A stretch of 63,935 bases of DNA, filler included, from Craspedostauros australis (GCA_030167865.1; 6 parts of 6 records of this genome joined end to end with filler, not necessarily neighbours in it); one strand, 5' to 3'; counted from the first letter of the whole stretch, positions 1 through 13,213 are shown. A program made the numbers and translations. The notes: generated from the sequence alone by a model not told the origin.

Positions 1-41
1 GCATCCTTGGAGAGGGCCTTGGTGGTGGTGGAGAGAGGCAT
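1..41 (-). CDS. Possible 5' end of a gene running off the left edge (MPLSTTTKALSKDA...)
   Basis: Minus-strand ATG at 41 in an 'aactccaccATG' context after a C/A-rich leader, like the other genes here; the frame is open to base 1. Only 13 codons are visible. Confidence 0.35.
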   Translation of the reverse strand, partial: MPLSTTTKALSKD

Positions 42-153
42 GGTGGAGTTGTTGGTGGAGAGTAGTGCTGTTTGCTCGTTGGATGTGATGAACTGCAGAG
101 GTTGAGACGAAGTGAGGAAGGAGAGCATACGATGAAAGGCCAACCACCTGGTG

Positions 154-174
154 ACAACAACAACAACAACAGCA

Positions 175-209
<35 letters not shown>
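154..209. repeat. Compound trinucleotide microsatellite (CAA)n/(CTA)n
   Basis: Directly visible; it explains the poly-N/poly-Y shadow ORF 72..311. Confidence 0.9.
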
Positions 210-3200
210 AAGTGTGACGAGAATGGGCATGGAGCGAAAGGGCGCGTGTGCAGGGCATTGGCGAGGAAAGTTGTGAATGGAGCCATAGTGTGGCGCGATT
301 TTGCGAAATGATGGAGATGATGTGTTTTGTGTGAGGTGTTTTGTGTAATGTGTTTTGTGACGAGCAGAATGTGGAATCATGCGCCACATGCTAACGTGTA
401 ATTAACGCGTACCAAACGACCGGCACCTTCGGAAGCAAGTCCGTGACTGACCACCTGACGATAAATACATGAGAACATCATCGAACCTTCGGCAGAAGCT
501 AACGAATTTTGTGATGTTGGATCCACGCGACTAGAATCAACACATGCATCGGTCCATAAAACTTAAAATGAACCTAACTACAATCTGCAAGGATTCCATA
601 CACATAAAGAGACTAAGAGGATTATGAATATGTACTTAGTTTGTAAATCCCAGGAAAAAGGTTAGACTGATGATTGCAAAGTGCAGGTCGACTCACTGAT
701 CGGGCTCATATGTTCCTCGCAGACCCGGAGCGTCGGAATGAATGGACCTTCTCCGTTGAGTACGTGGCCTCGCCGGAGTCGATAAGAAGAGGCCCAAGTT
801 CGTTCGTCTCCGCAGTCTGTTACTATACTTCCAAGTATCGCAGAGAACAATGATAGCGGAACTGCGAGTTGTTCGTGGGAGGTATTGCCTGCTTGGAGGC
901 ATTCGTACCCACACTCTCCCCACGAAGGGGGGTCGCTCGACTTGATCGTCCACAATGTCCTCCCTCCAACATTCTTCTCCTGAGCCGCAATCCGCGTGGA
1001 GACGTTGGACATTTGGTTGCCTGGGTTGGTGGTTTAGCAACTCTTGTGGTCATCCTCCAGTTTCTTGCTACACATTGTGCGCCTCGTGTGTCCTAAAGAC
1101 ATGGCGAAGGAACCAAAGGAAACGACGCAACGGCGATGACGTTCTCCTCCTGGCTGAAAGATGTGAAGGCGCAGCTTACGTGTCATATTGCCGTAGAGTA
1201 GCACGTATTTATCATGGAATGGAGCATGGTGATGTTGTCACAAATCCCTGGAACTGCTTCGAGTGCTCTGGTCATGGAGCCACGCTGGCACCAAGGTCAA
1301 GGATTCATACGACACAGTTTGCTTTGGCGTTCGTTCTCCCTTCCTTATTGTACTCCTTTTTGTTGTGACTGTGCTGCATCGTCAGTTCCTTGTGGACTGC
1401 ACCCGTTCGCACGCAGAGCAATTCGTGTATTGGTTGGTGGTGCCTTCATTGTGTGCTTCTTTGGGCGAGAATTGGCAAAGACTCAGGGGTTGACTGCAGC
1501 ATAAGTGTCGGTGCTGGTTGTGGGTAGGACCTTCGACGCTTGGTTGACAGTGATGGCAGCGAGGCACAAACGCAAGCACGAGTATTGGTGTGGAGACATC
1601 GCAGCGGAGAATCGCTCCATGGTGGAGGTGGAGGTGCTGCTGTGCTGTGCTGTGCTGTGCTGGCTGTGCTCCAGGACGACCCTCGGCGCCAAGTGATGCA
1701 GATACTGTCGCCGCATGCACTGAGCGCTCGCTTCTGTGGCGAGCCAATCTACAGGTATAGTAGGTATTCTGTGTACCATACACTCTCTGTGTGGGAGCAT
1801 CTGTGCTCTGTGCACCTCTCGGGACGACAGTGCGGCACAGCAGAGCGGTCTATTCCAGACTCGCGCTGCCGAAGAGGGCCACCACCAATCTGCGCAAGAA
1901 GAAGAAGAAGAATCAGAGACAAACACAAAAGATGAGCGCAGCCAGGACAAGTCGCCACGGTCATCACGATCTGCTTGCGCGAACTTAGTGGGAACGTGGT
2001 TATTATTGTTAAGTAACGTGAAGGGACAGTCGCACTTGCCGAATGTCTCTGCCATTATATATAGCTGTTGGTGGTTTTCGGAAGATGGTGTCCTTTCCGA
2101 GAGAAGAACCAAGAGACGCGAAACGCCGAATAGTCCACTGGGGGCGCAGAACAACTCCAATCCATTTTGCACGAGCGAATGTGAGTAACGAATTGTCACA
2201 GTGCGAACATGCGCGAACCCAGACGAGACCCACATGCACTCCCGGCGGGCGAGACATCCAACGCCAACAAAAAATCGGCGTGGCCACAAATCAAGGAGGG
2301 CAGTTCTCCCCCGTTGCGATTTCCAGCGATGGGCCGCAATGAGCTGTGATGGGATGGGGGGTACAGGAGAGCCGCTACAGGTGCGTTTCAACACAGCTCT
2401 CGCCAAGCATTATCTCACAGAGGCATACAAACTCGTAGAAAGTACGAGCGCAAGAATGATAATAGCATACCAAAGCTCTTGGAGAGACAAAGGAAGAGAA
2501 GACGTGGCTCGCACCCAAGAGTCCTCTCCTTCCATGTAGACCGTAGCACTTTTTTATTGTACTGTCAGAGCTCGTGTACTCGAAACGTACCATGCGAAGA
2601 CGTGAGCGGGAACCAAGAGCGTTCCGTGTGATCCCAGGTCGTGGTGCTGCCAATTTTCTGTGATGGAGAAACACGGAGAGCACTCAGGTACTCACTTCTC
2701 TCTCTCTCTGCCACAGAGTGCATCTTGGTGCTTTCGCACCATCCAGATAGAATGCTCGCTTCGAGAATCCTCTCTACCAATACTGCGGAGAGGAGATGTT
2801 TGGCAATCATGTGCGCCACTTCCTTTGCCACCTCCATCTCTGCCGCCGCCGCGACTTCTGTCGTGGAGATCACCGACACGATTCGCGCTGCCTATCCGCA
2901 ACTAACACAAACACACAGTTCGGACTCGTGTGGTACCAAAGGTCGTAGGTCGTGGTGCAAGCAGTGCTACACGTGCATGTTAGTAGGATGGTCCATGTGA
3001 CACACACACACTCACCCAGGACACATCGGACAAGTTGATCTGGTCAGTTGAAGTTGTGTTGCTGTGTTGTGTTGTTGCGTGTGTCTTGGGCAGCCATTCT
3101 GTCCCTCTGTACTTCCTTTGCTACCACGAAGCAAGACAGGTACATCGGACACTGTGTGCTGTGGTAGGTATTGCACGGCGGAATTGTCAGTATCGCGAGA

Positions 3201-3251
3201 CGAAACTGTTTTCGATTTACGCTCACTGGTACCCCCACGGTGTCCGGGCAC

Positions 3252-3318
3252 AAGTACGAGTACGAGTACGAGTACAAGTGCGAGCATGAGCACGAGCATA
3301 AGCACGAGCATAAGCACC
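3252..3318. repeat. Degenerate hexanucleotide microsatellite (AGTACG/AGCACG/AGCATA)
   Basis: Directly visible tandem hexamers. Confidence 0.8.
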
Positions 3319-4020
3319 AACAGCTTAGTAGCAGACCAAACGGCGAAACGCTGTGTCCATTGACACTGTGGGCATCTCGCCATCACGGCCAAACCAACCG
3401 CATTGGTCTTGTTGGTGGTTGCTTGTCTCGTTGTGCCGCATCGTGCTTCGCTTCTTTGCACCAACTTGGGCTGATGTCCTTCTCGCCACCAGCACAGAGT
3501 CTGTCTTTGGTCCAAAACGTCGGTCTCGGTAAGTAAAGCACGAAGAAAACAAGACAAAGGAAACGAACTCGGTAGATAACGGTACGGTGCGACAGTCCAG
3601 ATTAGGAGGTTCAAGCTTCCCAACTGAAGGCCAAATCAGACCAATCCGAATCCCCGCGGCGCTCCACATAAGGATCACGGCTCGTCGCCCCCTGTGTCTT
3701 TGTCTTGGGCAGAAACATCAATCGACGTGCCAACACCAAAACGCTGGATCACGGTTCCGTCTGGCTACTGCATCTGGTCGCTTGGGAATAACACTCGCGA
3801 GATGCCTGGCAGAGTGTCGGTAGTTCGCTCGGTCTTGTTGTTCACATCAACCACAGCCACCAAACGCCAAACACCACCGAACGCCACCAAGGCGTCTCCT
3901 CTCGCGTGTGGCGAGTGCGAATACCACGAGTACGTCTTTCATCAGGCCTGTATTCAGTGCCTGCCATACGTGCCAAACGGCCAACCATACGCACACCATA
4001 CCTCCGCACCGCGCCGTACC

Positions 4021-4084
4021 ATACTGATACTGATACCGATACTGATACTGATACTAATACTGGCACTGATACTGATACTGATAT
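4021..4084. repeat. (ATACTG)n hexanucleotide microsatellite
   Basis: Directly visible tandem hexamers upstream of the HSF gene. Confidence 0.85.
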
Positions 4085-4822
4085 CCACACATCACATCCG
4101 TCATTCCCGACTGTCTCCGTGTTCACCCACTCGTCCCTACCGTCCTATCTGCCCACCAGCCTACCAGCCTACCAACCCATCCGCCTGCCTAACTGTCTGA
4201 CTTCATCTCATACGCTCACACACATCGGTAGTTTGACACAGGCGTGGATCACACATCTCTGCCGTTGGTCAGCTCAGCGGATAACAGCGGATAACAGAAA
4301 CACAAAAAACAGCAACAATAAAAACGACAACAGCAAGAACGACAACGCCGACAAAAAGCAACAGCCGCAGCGAAAGCGGCGGAAGCAGCTGGAGGCAAAG
4401 AATCGACTGAAGGGTCTCCGTTTCTGCCGCCACTGAAGCCAATTCAACTTGCTGCGAAACGTGGATTTCACGGGAGAGACGGGACGCGCGTTGGCTGCCC
4501 GTGTGCCTCCCGCTGTGCTTGCATCGATTGCATTCATCTGACAGCAGCGGTCAGCGCTGACAACCAAACCGCGTCTTGCCGCGTGAGAATCGCGGAGTCT
4601 GTTGCGACGTCTTGCTGCACAGAGTCAGATCGCAGTTGGTCCTGCTTTCTGGCTTCCTCCATTGCCCGACGACTGAACGGATCCTCGTGAATGCCTGACC
4701 TCTTGCTACTCGGAACATCGTGGTAGCACCTGAACAGAAGACGAGAGGGACACTGCCCCTCAACCAGCGTGATACTCGTACGTGCACACGCGTACGACAC
4801 ACGCACCGTCGCAGGGCCGACG

Positions 4823-6532
4823 ATGAATCGAGATGATGATACCACAGGCAGCTCCTCGCATGACCGAAGGGGTCATCACTCCCATCACAACCAGCAGCTC
4901 CATGACCAAGCTCGGGATCACGCGTTCATTCGAGGGTCAACGTTACCAGCTTCGTCCTCAGCAATCGAGTCAAACATGGGGCGACCACGGAGTTCTCGGA
5001 TGCAACTCTCACGACCAGCTTTTTTTGAGGACCTCGAAACGATGTCCGACATATCCATCGAGGCGGACCGAAGCGCGACTTCCAACGCCAGCACAGCGCT
5101 GCCTCGGACCCTCAAACTGTCAGGTCTCGGCGAGGAGACAGGGGAAGACAAGTATGTGGGAACCAGGCAAATGCAAAGTCAAAGTCAACGTCAAAGTCAA
5201 AACCAAGAACAGGATCAGACTCGATCCATTCGACATCCCTCGAAAGAAATGTCAGCACCATCGATGGCAACTGCGGGGGATCTATTTGCCAATCCAGATG
5301 CCCCCGGCCAGGCCCCAAATACGCATCAACAGCCGCTGGTGGCTGACGTAAGTAGCAGCAATGCCAACATCAATAGAAATAGCAACAGCAACAGCAACAG
5401 CAGTGGCACAAGCATTGGCGGTAATGCTGACACGAATGTCAACGCCAGCGCAAGCACCAGCGTCAACGTAGATGCGAATGCAGAGGCTAGCGCAAATGCA
5501 AGCGGAGGCGCAACCAAGACACCGCCCTTTCCGTGGATCTTACATCAGCTCCTCATCGATGCTGAAACTCAGGGCTTCTCTGACGTGGTCTCATGGGAGC
5601 CAGACGGCAGGAGCTTCAAAGTCCATCAAATCGAAAAGTTCGTGTCCAAGATCATGCCCGCATACTTCAACCAGTCCAAGTACAAGAGCTTCCAGAGACA
5701 GCTCAACATCTACGGCTACGTGCGAGAAACGAAGGGTGCTGCCAGGGGGATGCTCCACCACACGCTCTTCGTGCGTGGTCAGCCTGAGCTTTGCAATCAC
5801 ATGAAAAGGAAGAAAGCGAAACTCGTCACTGGAGGCCCCTCTTCGGTTGCTGGCGGTAGTTGTAGTAATACGGGCGCCAGTACGTCACTGTCTACATCCA
5901 TGCACAGCAACACGGGCAGAGCTGGGATTGGTGGGAGTGGTTACGCTTCCGCGAGTGTCGCTGCTGCCGCGGCCGCTGCCACCGGTGCGGCGATGAGCGG
6001 AGCACGCGGCATGATTGATCATGACATGTCATCCGTCTTCTCCATGGGGGATTCATCATCAGCTGATGAACGATTCTCTAGCATGGGATCTGCGCTGTCA
6101 GAATCTGTCACTTCATTTCCGCACGCTCACCCTGGCGCTATGGCTGGTCAAGGTTTGCATATGCCATCATCTTCGTCGCTACGTGCCGCAGCACTGAGTT
6201 CGGCCCATGGGACAACACCACTGGTAGGATCAGGCGTCGTGCATATGCATGGCACCGTCGGTTCAGGTAGTGAGCTGCAGGCAGCACGGGGTCTCACGTC
6301 GATGCTCCCGGACGCGTCCAGTCTGGCCCTGACAAGTGCGTCTCGCATGCGACCCGATCAGGCATCGTTTGGTCGGCAGCAGTCGGATTCGATTCGGCAG
6401 CCAGCACGACGGTCATCACCAATCCCGACAGTAGGACTGCAGCAGTTTCAACGCGAAATCGCTGACGAGATCATACGGACATTCCGGTCTACGAGTATGG
6501 ACACTGCGGATGATCATGGAAGCCAGCAATAG
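4823..6532 (+). CDS. Heat shock factor (HSF) family transcription factor
   Basis: First ATG at 4823 in the ORF 4769..6532. HSF DNA-binding domain at about 5524-5815: FPWILHQLL...VVSWEPDGRSFKVH...IMPAYFNQSKYKSFQRQLNIYGY...HHTLFVRGQPELCNHMKRK. The flanks are low complexity. Confidence 0.95.
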   Translation: MNRDDDTTGSSSHDRRGHHSHHNQQLHDQARDHAFIRGSTLPASSSAIESNMGRPRSSRMQLSRPAFFEDLETMSDISIEADRSATSNASTALPRTLKLSGLGEETGEDKYVGTRQMQSQSQRQSQNQEQDQTRSIRHPSKEMSAPSMATAGDLFANPDAPGQAPNTHQQPLVADVSSSNANINRNSNSNSNSSGTSIGGNADTNVNASASTSVNVDANAEASANASGGATKTPPFPWILHQLLIDAETQGFSDVVSWEPDGRSFKVHQIEKFVSKIMPAYFNQSKYKSFQRQLNIYGYVRETKGAARGMLHHTLFVRGQPELCNHMKRKKAKLVTGGPSSVAGGSCSNTGASTSLSTSMHSNTGRAGIGGSGYASASVAAAAAAATGAAMSGARGMIDHDMSSVFSMGDSSSADERFSSMGSALSESVTSFPHAHPGAMAGQGLHMPSSSSLRAAALSSAHGTTPLVGSGVVHMHGTVGSGSELQAARGLTSMLPDASSLALTSASRMRPDQASFGRQQSDSIRQPARRSSPIPTVGLQQFQREIADEIIRTFRSTSMDTADDHGSQQ

Positions 6533-7619
6533 GCAGAGTGAGGAGAGCGGCCGCATCAGCAACAGCAACAGCAAACGATGGATATCGGGTGTCCACTTGA
6601 AGTTGCAAGTTCTATTGTTGGAGGCGTGCAAGCAACACAAACCATGGCAAATCGACACGAGCGTGATGGTGAGCGTGAGCAATTCTGCCGGGCCGGCTCT
6701 CTGGGGTGTTGAGGGGGTGGGATTTTAGTGCGTGTCCGTGGAGAGGTCGCAGCGCAACGCGCAGGACGGTGGTGGTGGAGGTGGCGGCTGATGTTCCCAC
6801 ACGAACAACGAGGACACGAACACGTGCAGAAAGGTCGCAACGGTAAAATGGAATGGAACAATGCGACGTTTCACCCACACTATCCATTGTTTGCAACGAA
6901 GTGAGTGTTCAAAACTCCCCCATGCCTCGTCGCTTCGGTGTTCGAAGAATGTGCTGGACGGAGCCTGCGTTAAGGAATGGTTCCATTATTCTTCTGCAAG
7001 GCAATGTCGTCGGTGTCCGCTGCGCTGGTGTTGACATGCACACTGTGTGCGTTCGTTCCGAAATAGAGGATGGCGCGAGTGTTGTGTGAAAACGATGCTC
7101 TCCCCGCCAGGCTTGCTGCTTGGCTGGCGCTTTCACTGTCGCTGGAAAGAGAAAAGGGTTGCTCCCAGGGGATCTTCTGTTTGTACTTGTATCTTGCATG
7201 ACACTCGCATGCGCAGGTGTGTTTGTGGGGGCGTGTTGTTCACAGTTCCACTTGATGCGGGATGGAGACGGTTGCAACAAAACCTGGAAATACAATACGA
7301 TTCAGATTTGGTGCGAATCAGCATTCGCAACGATGGTGAATAACTTCGATGAGGAGCGGTGGTGAACAGTGATGTTCCTGTCTGACACAGGCAGGCGCTT
7401 GGTCGGTGAGCAAAGATACTGACCGCAAAGTCGTATCTGATGCGTGGCAGAGCGAAGTTCAAGTCGCTCCCAGTACTAAAAAGCAAAGAGAGCCGCAGGG
7501 GTGGAGGGTTGGTGAACACATTGGATGCATTGGATGTATTGAATGTGTTGAATGCATCGAAGGACCAATGGAGCAGTGAGAGAACGAATGCATCGGTGAG
7601 CGAAAAGCATGAAACGATA

Positions 7620-7960
7620 CGTGGATAGATGAGTAGATGGACGGATGGATTGATGCCTGATGGATAATTTGAACGAGTTAATGAATGGATGGATGATTGG
7701 ATGATCGGCTGGATAAACTTTTTGGATGGACAGCGAATGGATGGGTGGGGGGGGGGGAGACAAAATAGAGAAGGAAAGAGATGAATGAATGAATGAATCT
7801 GCACGTGTATACGTGCGTGTATGCGCGCGTCCGTACATAGAGAGATGTACGAAAGCATGCATGGGCAATGGATCGACCGAATGGATGGATTGATGGATAT
7901 GTGAGTGGTGGATGAATGGTGAAGCGGACGCACGAGTAGATGGATGAGCGTGTGGGTGGA
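7620..7960. repeat. Degenerate (GGAT/GAAT)n low-complexity tract
   Basis: Directly visible; it produces the H/P/S/I-rich shadow ORFs on the minus strand. Confidence 0.75.
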
Positions 7961-10393
7961 CGGGTGTGTGCTTTACGTACATGATTGCGTGGGTAGGTGG
8001 GCGAAAAATTGGGTGAATGCAATTGAATCGCCTCAAGAAGGATGCTCCTTGGCTTGATTGATGATCAAATCTATAATCAATATAATGCTGTTCGTGCTGT
8101 TTGGCTTCAGCCTGAAGAAGCGCAAGCATGCTGCCTTCGACTGCTCGATGGTCTGGCTTTCATTTGAGGCCCAGCGTGCCACTGATCTGTATTGCAGCAC
8201 ATTGTCTCTTGTTCCATCGGAAACGTATGCCGGATTATTGGATGGTCCAGTATCTCCAACGTTATGGAATGCAAGGATGTGGAATGCAAGACATGCTGAC
8301 ACTTCCAATCAAGCTGGGGGAGGTCCAGATAGAAAAGGGAGCTGGTGCCTTGCGGTGGCCACACTTGTCCCCTTGACGATTGATCGGGCACGTGGTATCA
8401 TCCCATCGAGCAAAAAGGCTGCTGCTACGAATTCTGTTCGCGAAGAGAGCAACAGTGGAAGCTTCAGTTGGTGCAACGCTTCATGTTTGGTTGTGATATT
8501 ACAAAGATGGATAGGGAAGGCGACAGGAAAGGCGATCGTCAGTCGGTCATCAAAAGACGACGTACTGATTGTCGATGGACGTACTTGCAGAGTACACAAT
8601 CAGCCAGTTTGATGGCGAAGCAAGTACGTGCTGGTATTCAAGCAGGAATTGAGGCAAACGCGAAAAGTGGCCGTCTCTCTGTCATCTGAATGAAGTGCTC
8701 ACCCAACCAATGGACTCTTCAACTACTCACCCATGTGCTTTCGATCTCAGTGGCGAGCCAACGCATCGTCTGGACTCCTTGAATACACGTTGAGCTCCTG
8801 CGACTCCTCACAGAGCTGGCCCTCGTGTCCCGCCTTGAGGGCGAAGACGCCACGTTCTTCGCAACAGCTGACTCGAACCGATCAAGCGTATCGAAGAGAG
8901 GTACTCTACCGATGGATGAGTTACGGCGGTGGTCATCTATGCGTGAATCAGGGCGTCAGATGTATTTGGATCGTTGCTGGAGTGACGGAGCGAAAGGGCA
9001 GTCTCCATCAGTCCGCCAGAGTCGTCTCCATCGGTTTGAATATGTAGATCAGTGGGTGGTTGACGCGGCTCTGTGATCTCACAACTTGTTCTGAGCTGCT
9101 TTGCATTTCGTGTCGTCTTGTTGGTTTGTTGGCTTGCTGTCTGACTGTCTTGCTGCCATGCAGGTATTGTTGAATGTCCTGCCTCACCATGTTGTGAGAT
9201 GCTACATCATTGTGGAGTGGAGCGGGATTCGGCGTTGGTTATCTGAGGGCTGTCTTTCTGAGGGGGTATTGCCGTTCGGGAACCACGCGGAATAACAACG
9301 CGCTCTTGAAAACCGGTGTTCTGGGTCTTGATATGATCCGCCTGTAGATCATCGTGGCCGAAGCGCCATTCCTCATCGCTGGGTGGCAGTGTGTCAGTGT
9401 GGCAATGTCGACAGCATGACTCTGACCCATCCAAAGCTTCCCTGAGGTTGCCGCGCTCCCCTTTTTCTCATCTCCAAGAAAGGCGAAGACTGGGCACCTC
9501 GTGAGGAGGAATGAGGCGTCAAAACAGAACACCACAATTCGGATTCGTGGCGAGGCAAGGGTCCAGCACCAATACTCCATCATCTCTCCGTATCCTGCAT
9601 TCCGTCGCGTTGCTGCAATTCTGCTGTGTCACATGCCGTTCCTTGTGGAACAGTCGGACCTACACTCAAGCTACATTCGTGCCTCTGCGGGGTATAGTAG
9701 TAGCTGTGGAGAAAAGGGTGTGTCCTCCTGCAATTTAGACATCAGCGGCATGTGGCTGTGTTTGGGAGGAACCTTGCTCCAATGAATGCCACATATTTTT
9801 CGGATGCTCGAGCCTCTCGGAACCCACCGACGAGTAGATCGTCCCAGTACGACTACGTCTGCAGTGTTCGTGGTATGAGTCCGACAGTACAAAATTGTAC
9901 TACCAGCGTGCGGCTCCGTGCTATTTTTCTGCCGCTAGTCTTGTGGAAGAACTCTCGCCGGACATTCACCGCTTTGTCCTCCTTGGTCGTAATTTTGGCA
10001 ACAGACACAGCGAATGCCCAGTGTGGACCAAGTGACTTATCTGCGTGTGTCATCTGTTGTCGTTGTGGTCTGGGATCAAAGAACAACGAACAATCCGATG
10101 TTCAACTTGACGCCGTTGTCAGTTTGTCCGTAGATACATAGTGGGTGTGCTGTCGCCGATCTAATTGTTTTTCATGTTTGTTCGATCTTCGGCCACAAAA
10201 CTTCCACACACCGACAATAAATGCCAATGTTTGTGTCGCCGACCGACTTTTGCTCCAGACCGAGCGTTTCAAAAAGTCCAAACCTCGAGTACTACGATAA
10301 CGACAACGACCGCGTCAACGGCGACAACGGGCACAACAGGGCGCAACGGCAACATCGGCTACAAAACCAGGCACTCCCACGATCGTGGACACC

Positions 10394-12133
10394 ATGGCTT
10401 CACTGACATCATCGCCGACACCAAACCAATTACCACTCACGTCAGAACTCCAGCCGTCTGGCGCATCAGACGTGTCGTTGCCACCACCAGCATCACCAGC
10501 ATTACCATCACCACCGTCATCGTCATCGTCATCGAGCTCAGCAGTACCAGCAACATGGCTCCGATCGGCGTGGGCGACATTGGAGCGCACTGACAAGACG
10601 GTGTCCCGCCGGGTGTTCTTGGCGAAGTGCCCATCATGGGCAGAATACGCCCTGTCAGTTCCTGGCAACTGGTTTGGTCTGCCTGTGATGGCCTTGCTCG
10701 TCCTGCCGTGCTGGTCAGCTGTCCTCTCTGGTTGTGTGGTTGGAAGCAATCCGTTGGTTTGCATGCTTGACAATGATGCCCAACATCATCAGCGTCAACA
10801 CGGGTTGTTGTTTTTCGAACCTCCGCCAGTTCGCCCAACTGTGTCTGTGCGTGTTTGGGGTGCTATGCTTGTCGCGATCACCCTGGCGTTGGCCATCAGC
10901 TGGTTCTGGTTCATCACATCCCGCAATTCCCGCAACAAGACCCTGCTCAAGCTGTTCTACGGCTCCGTTGGTGGGGCGTTGGCCCCCATCATGGGCATCG
11001 CCATGCTTTGGGTCTCTCCATTATCGTCCCACTCCAAGCAAACGGGCTACTTCCAGATCGCATCTTGGTGCGTTGCTGTGATACCAGCCGCCATCCTCAA
11101 GCCTCTCGTCCGACGCACACGCCCTGCAGCATGGATAGCAAGACTGCATGAAGACGATAGCCCTTTGGCGTCGGCATCAAGTCAGGTGGGTATTCAGACT
11201 CATACACCTGAACATGCAGATACACATGCAGATACACACGCAGATGCAAGCACCAACACCAGTACACGTCGTCACGTACATGGCGAGGAAACGCAAGTTT
11301 CCGTCTGGCCCAATGAATTCCCTTCCAAGCACCTCTTCAACCTACCAAGACTCTTTGCCCGAGATGCCAATTCGTCATTCCCATCTGGGGATACATCCGG
11401 CGCTATGGGTTTGACGTACGTCCTTCTCTCTGCATGCTGGGCACAACAATGCGGTCACTCACCAGAGGCTGCCATGACCTCGTCGGACAACTTTGCTGCG
11501 AATGCAGAAACTGACATCAGTGCCGACAACACAGTCATCGACAACACGATCATCGACAACATTCAAGTCCATTGGTGGGCCCAGGCCTCGCTTGCGGTCG
11601 TCCTCATCGCCCTATCGTGCCTTGGCCGCATGTACTGGTTGGCACACCATGCCATCGACGCCATCATGGGAGCGGCACTTGCCTTTCCCATGTGCTACGC
11701 GTTGGATGAGCTTCTTGTCACGATGACCATGAGGATCCAAATGCCACATAACGCGGATTTCGCGGTGGCGAAGCCCCACAAGAGTGAATGGTTCCCAACC
11801 TGTCGCGACAGATGTCAGGCATCCGCCCAACAGGCGATGCTTTCGTACATCCTCTTGGTCACTATCGTCTTGATCACAAGACGTATTGCCAAGCGAAGCA
11901 TCTTCGGCGCAGGGACTATCCACACGAATGCAAACCCTGACAACAAGACGGCTCCTGACAAAGCTGATGCTGATTCAACCGTGAACACGCACTCGCCAGC
12001 AAACAACGCCACATCCACGTCCACAAGCATCCACGTTGCATCCAACAAGACCGCGAGCAGTCGAAAACACGAAGACACTACACAGATCGCGTCCGACAAC
12101 ATGAACCCTCCTCTCAAGAGCAAGAACGTGTGA
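10394..12133 (+). CDS. PAP2 (type 2 phosphatidic acid phosphatase) superfamily multi-pass membrane protein with an atypical C2 motif
   Basis: C1 K-x6-RP (KPLVRRTRP), C2 SFPSGD (canonically PSGH) and C3 R-x5-H-x3-D (GRMYWLAHHAID), plus several hydrophobic helices. First ATG at 10394 (10385 is GTG). Confidence 0.85.
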   Translation: MASLTSSPTPNQLPLTSELQPSGASDVSLPPPASPALPSPPSSSSSSSSAVPATWLRSAWATLERTDKTVSRRVFLAKCPSWAEYALSVPGNWFGLPVMALLVLPCWSAVLSGCVVGSNPLVCMLDNDAQHHQRQHGLLFFEPPPVRPTVSVRVWGAMLVAITLALAISWFWFITSRNSRNKTLLKLFYGSVGGALAPIMGIAMLWVSPLSSHSKQTGYFQIASWCVAVIPAAILKPLVRRTRPAAWIARLHEDDSPLASASSQVGIQTHTPEHADTHADTHADASTNTSTRRHVHGEETQVSVWPNEFPSKHLFNLPRLFARDANSSFPSGDTSGAMGLTYVLLSACWAQQCGHSPEAAMTSSDNFAANAETDISADNTVIDNTIIDNIQVHWWAQASLAVVLIALSCLGRMYWLAHHAIDAIMGAALAFPMCYALDELLVTMTMRIQMPHNADFAVAKPHKSEWFPTCRDRCQASAQQAMLSYILLVTIVLITRRIAKRSIFGAGTIHTNANPDNKTAPDKADADSTVNTHSPANNATSTSTSIHVASNKTASSRKHEDTTQIASDNMNPPLKSKNV

Positions 12134-13213
12134 TGTGATGCCAACAAGTACCCAACCACACGCAAAACCACTCAGATTCAACTGCGCTCTAGACCACAGT
12201 CACTGCCACTCCTGCATCCCAGGTGGGACCTACTCGTATTCTACATGCCATTTATACTCGGAGTGCACATTCGAGATGTAGCTCGCTGCCAGTACCTTCA
12301 GCCCTGACTCAAGCAAAGTGAAAGCAAGTCGTCCACCGTCGACGCATTGGTGGGAACCAAAGGCGCTTCTATACACGTACGAGTACGAACACCATGGATT
12401 GTTCTCTTCCGGTTCTGCAAGAACACGGCGAACCCAAGCAAGATGAATCAAGCCGGATCTTGTCAGAACGCGTGAAAATGGGTCCCAGTCTGACGCAACT
12501 CTCCAAGAATCTAATCAGACCATGATGCCATGGCAGGAACGTGTTCAGCTCTTCTAGCACGTTGCTCGTGGCATCTTGCTGGTGACGATCGCAGCAAGTT
12601 GTGTGAGAGTATCTAGAACTCTATGATGTCATGCATGATGCCATGCGTGCGAGCTGCATCCACATGACGAACCAAGCCCAGCAAGACTGAACTCACTCAA
12701 ATCTCAAGTCTCGATCCGAAATGCAACTACCACCACCGTTGTCACTGTCCCTTTCCATTCATCACCAGATGCACAACGTAGCAAGGATCGTCAAGGCCGT
12801 GCTGCTGCATCAGAGAACGATACCAACCTTATATCGCACAGAACTGAAGGGGACTGGAAGCGAGTGGCGAGGACCTTGAGCGGCACCTGGCAATGGTGTC
12901 GGAGCAGACACAAAACAACAGGAACATTCAATGCGCATCCTGAATTGTGATCCAGAGGAGCGTATGGGTCACAAGACACCAAAAGGCGCTGCAATACAAG
13001 ACATGCCAGTATGTGAAGCGACAAGAATGAATGCAAACACATCCAAATGCGATTCCATTTGCTTGAAGCATGAGACAAGAAGCACATGCGTCTGCACATC
13101 CGTGCACAATGCGACGATTCGCTCACTCAAATGAGGTACATGCGTCTCCATTCCGCCAAGCAACATCATCTCAACAAAGTCCGACGTGAATTTGCTTGGT
13201 GAGGCTTACTATA

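Noticed and set aside
72..311. ORF with poly-Asn/poly-Tyr
   Set aside because: Translation of a microsatellite; non-ATG start.
1483..4436. Several 150-300 aa ORFs (1483..2406, 3012..3623, 3694..4200, 3906..4436)
   Set aside because: No domain signal, mostly non-ATG starts, and kept open by simple repeats and about 50% GC.
7133..8129. H/P/S/I-rich minus-strand ORFs
   Set aside because: Shadow translations of the GGAT/GAAT tract.
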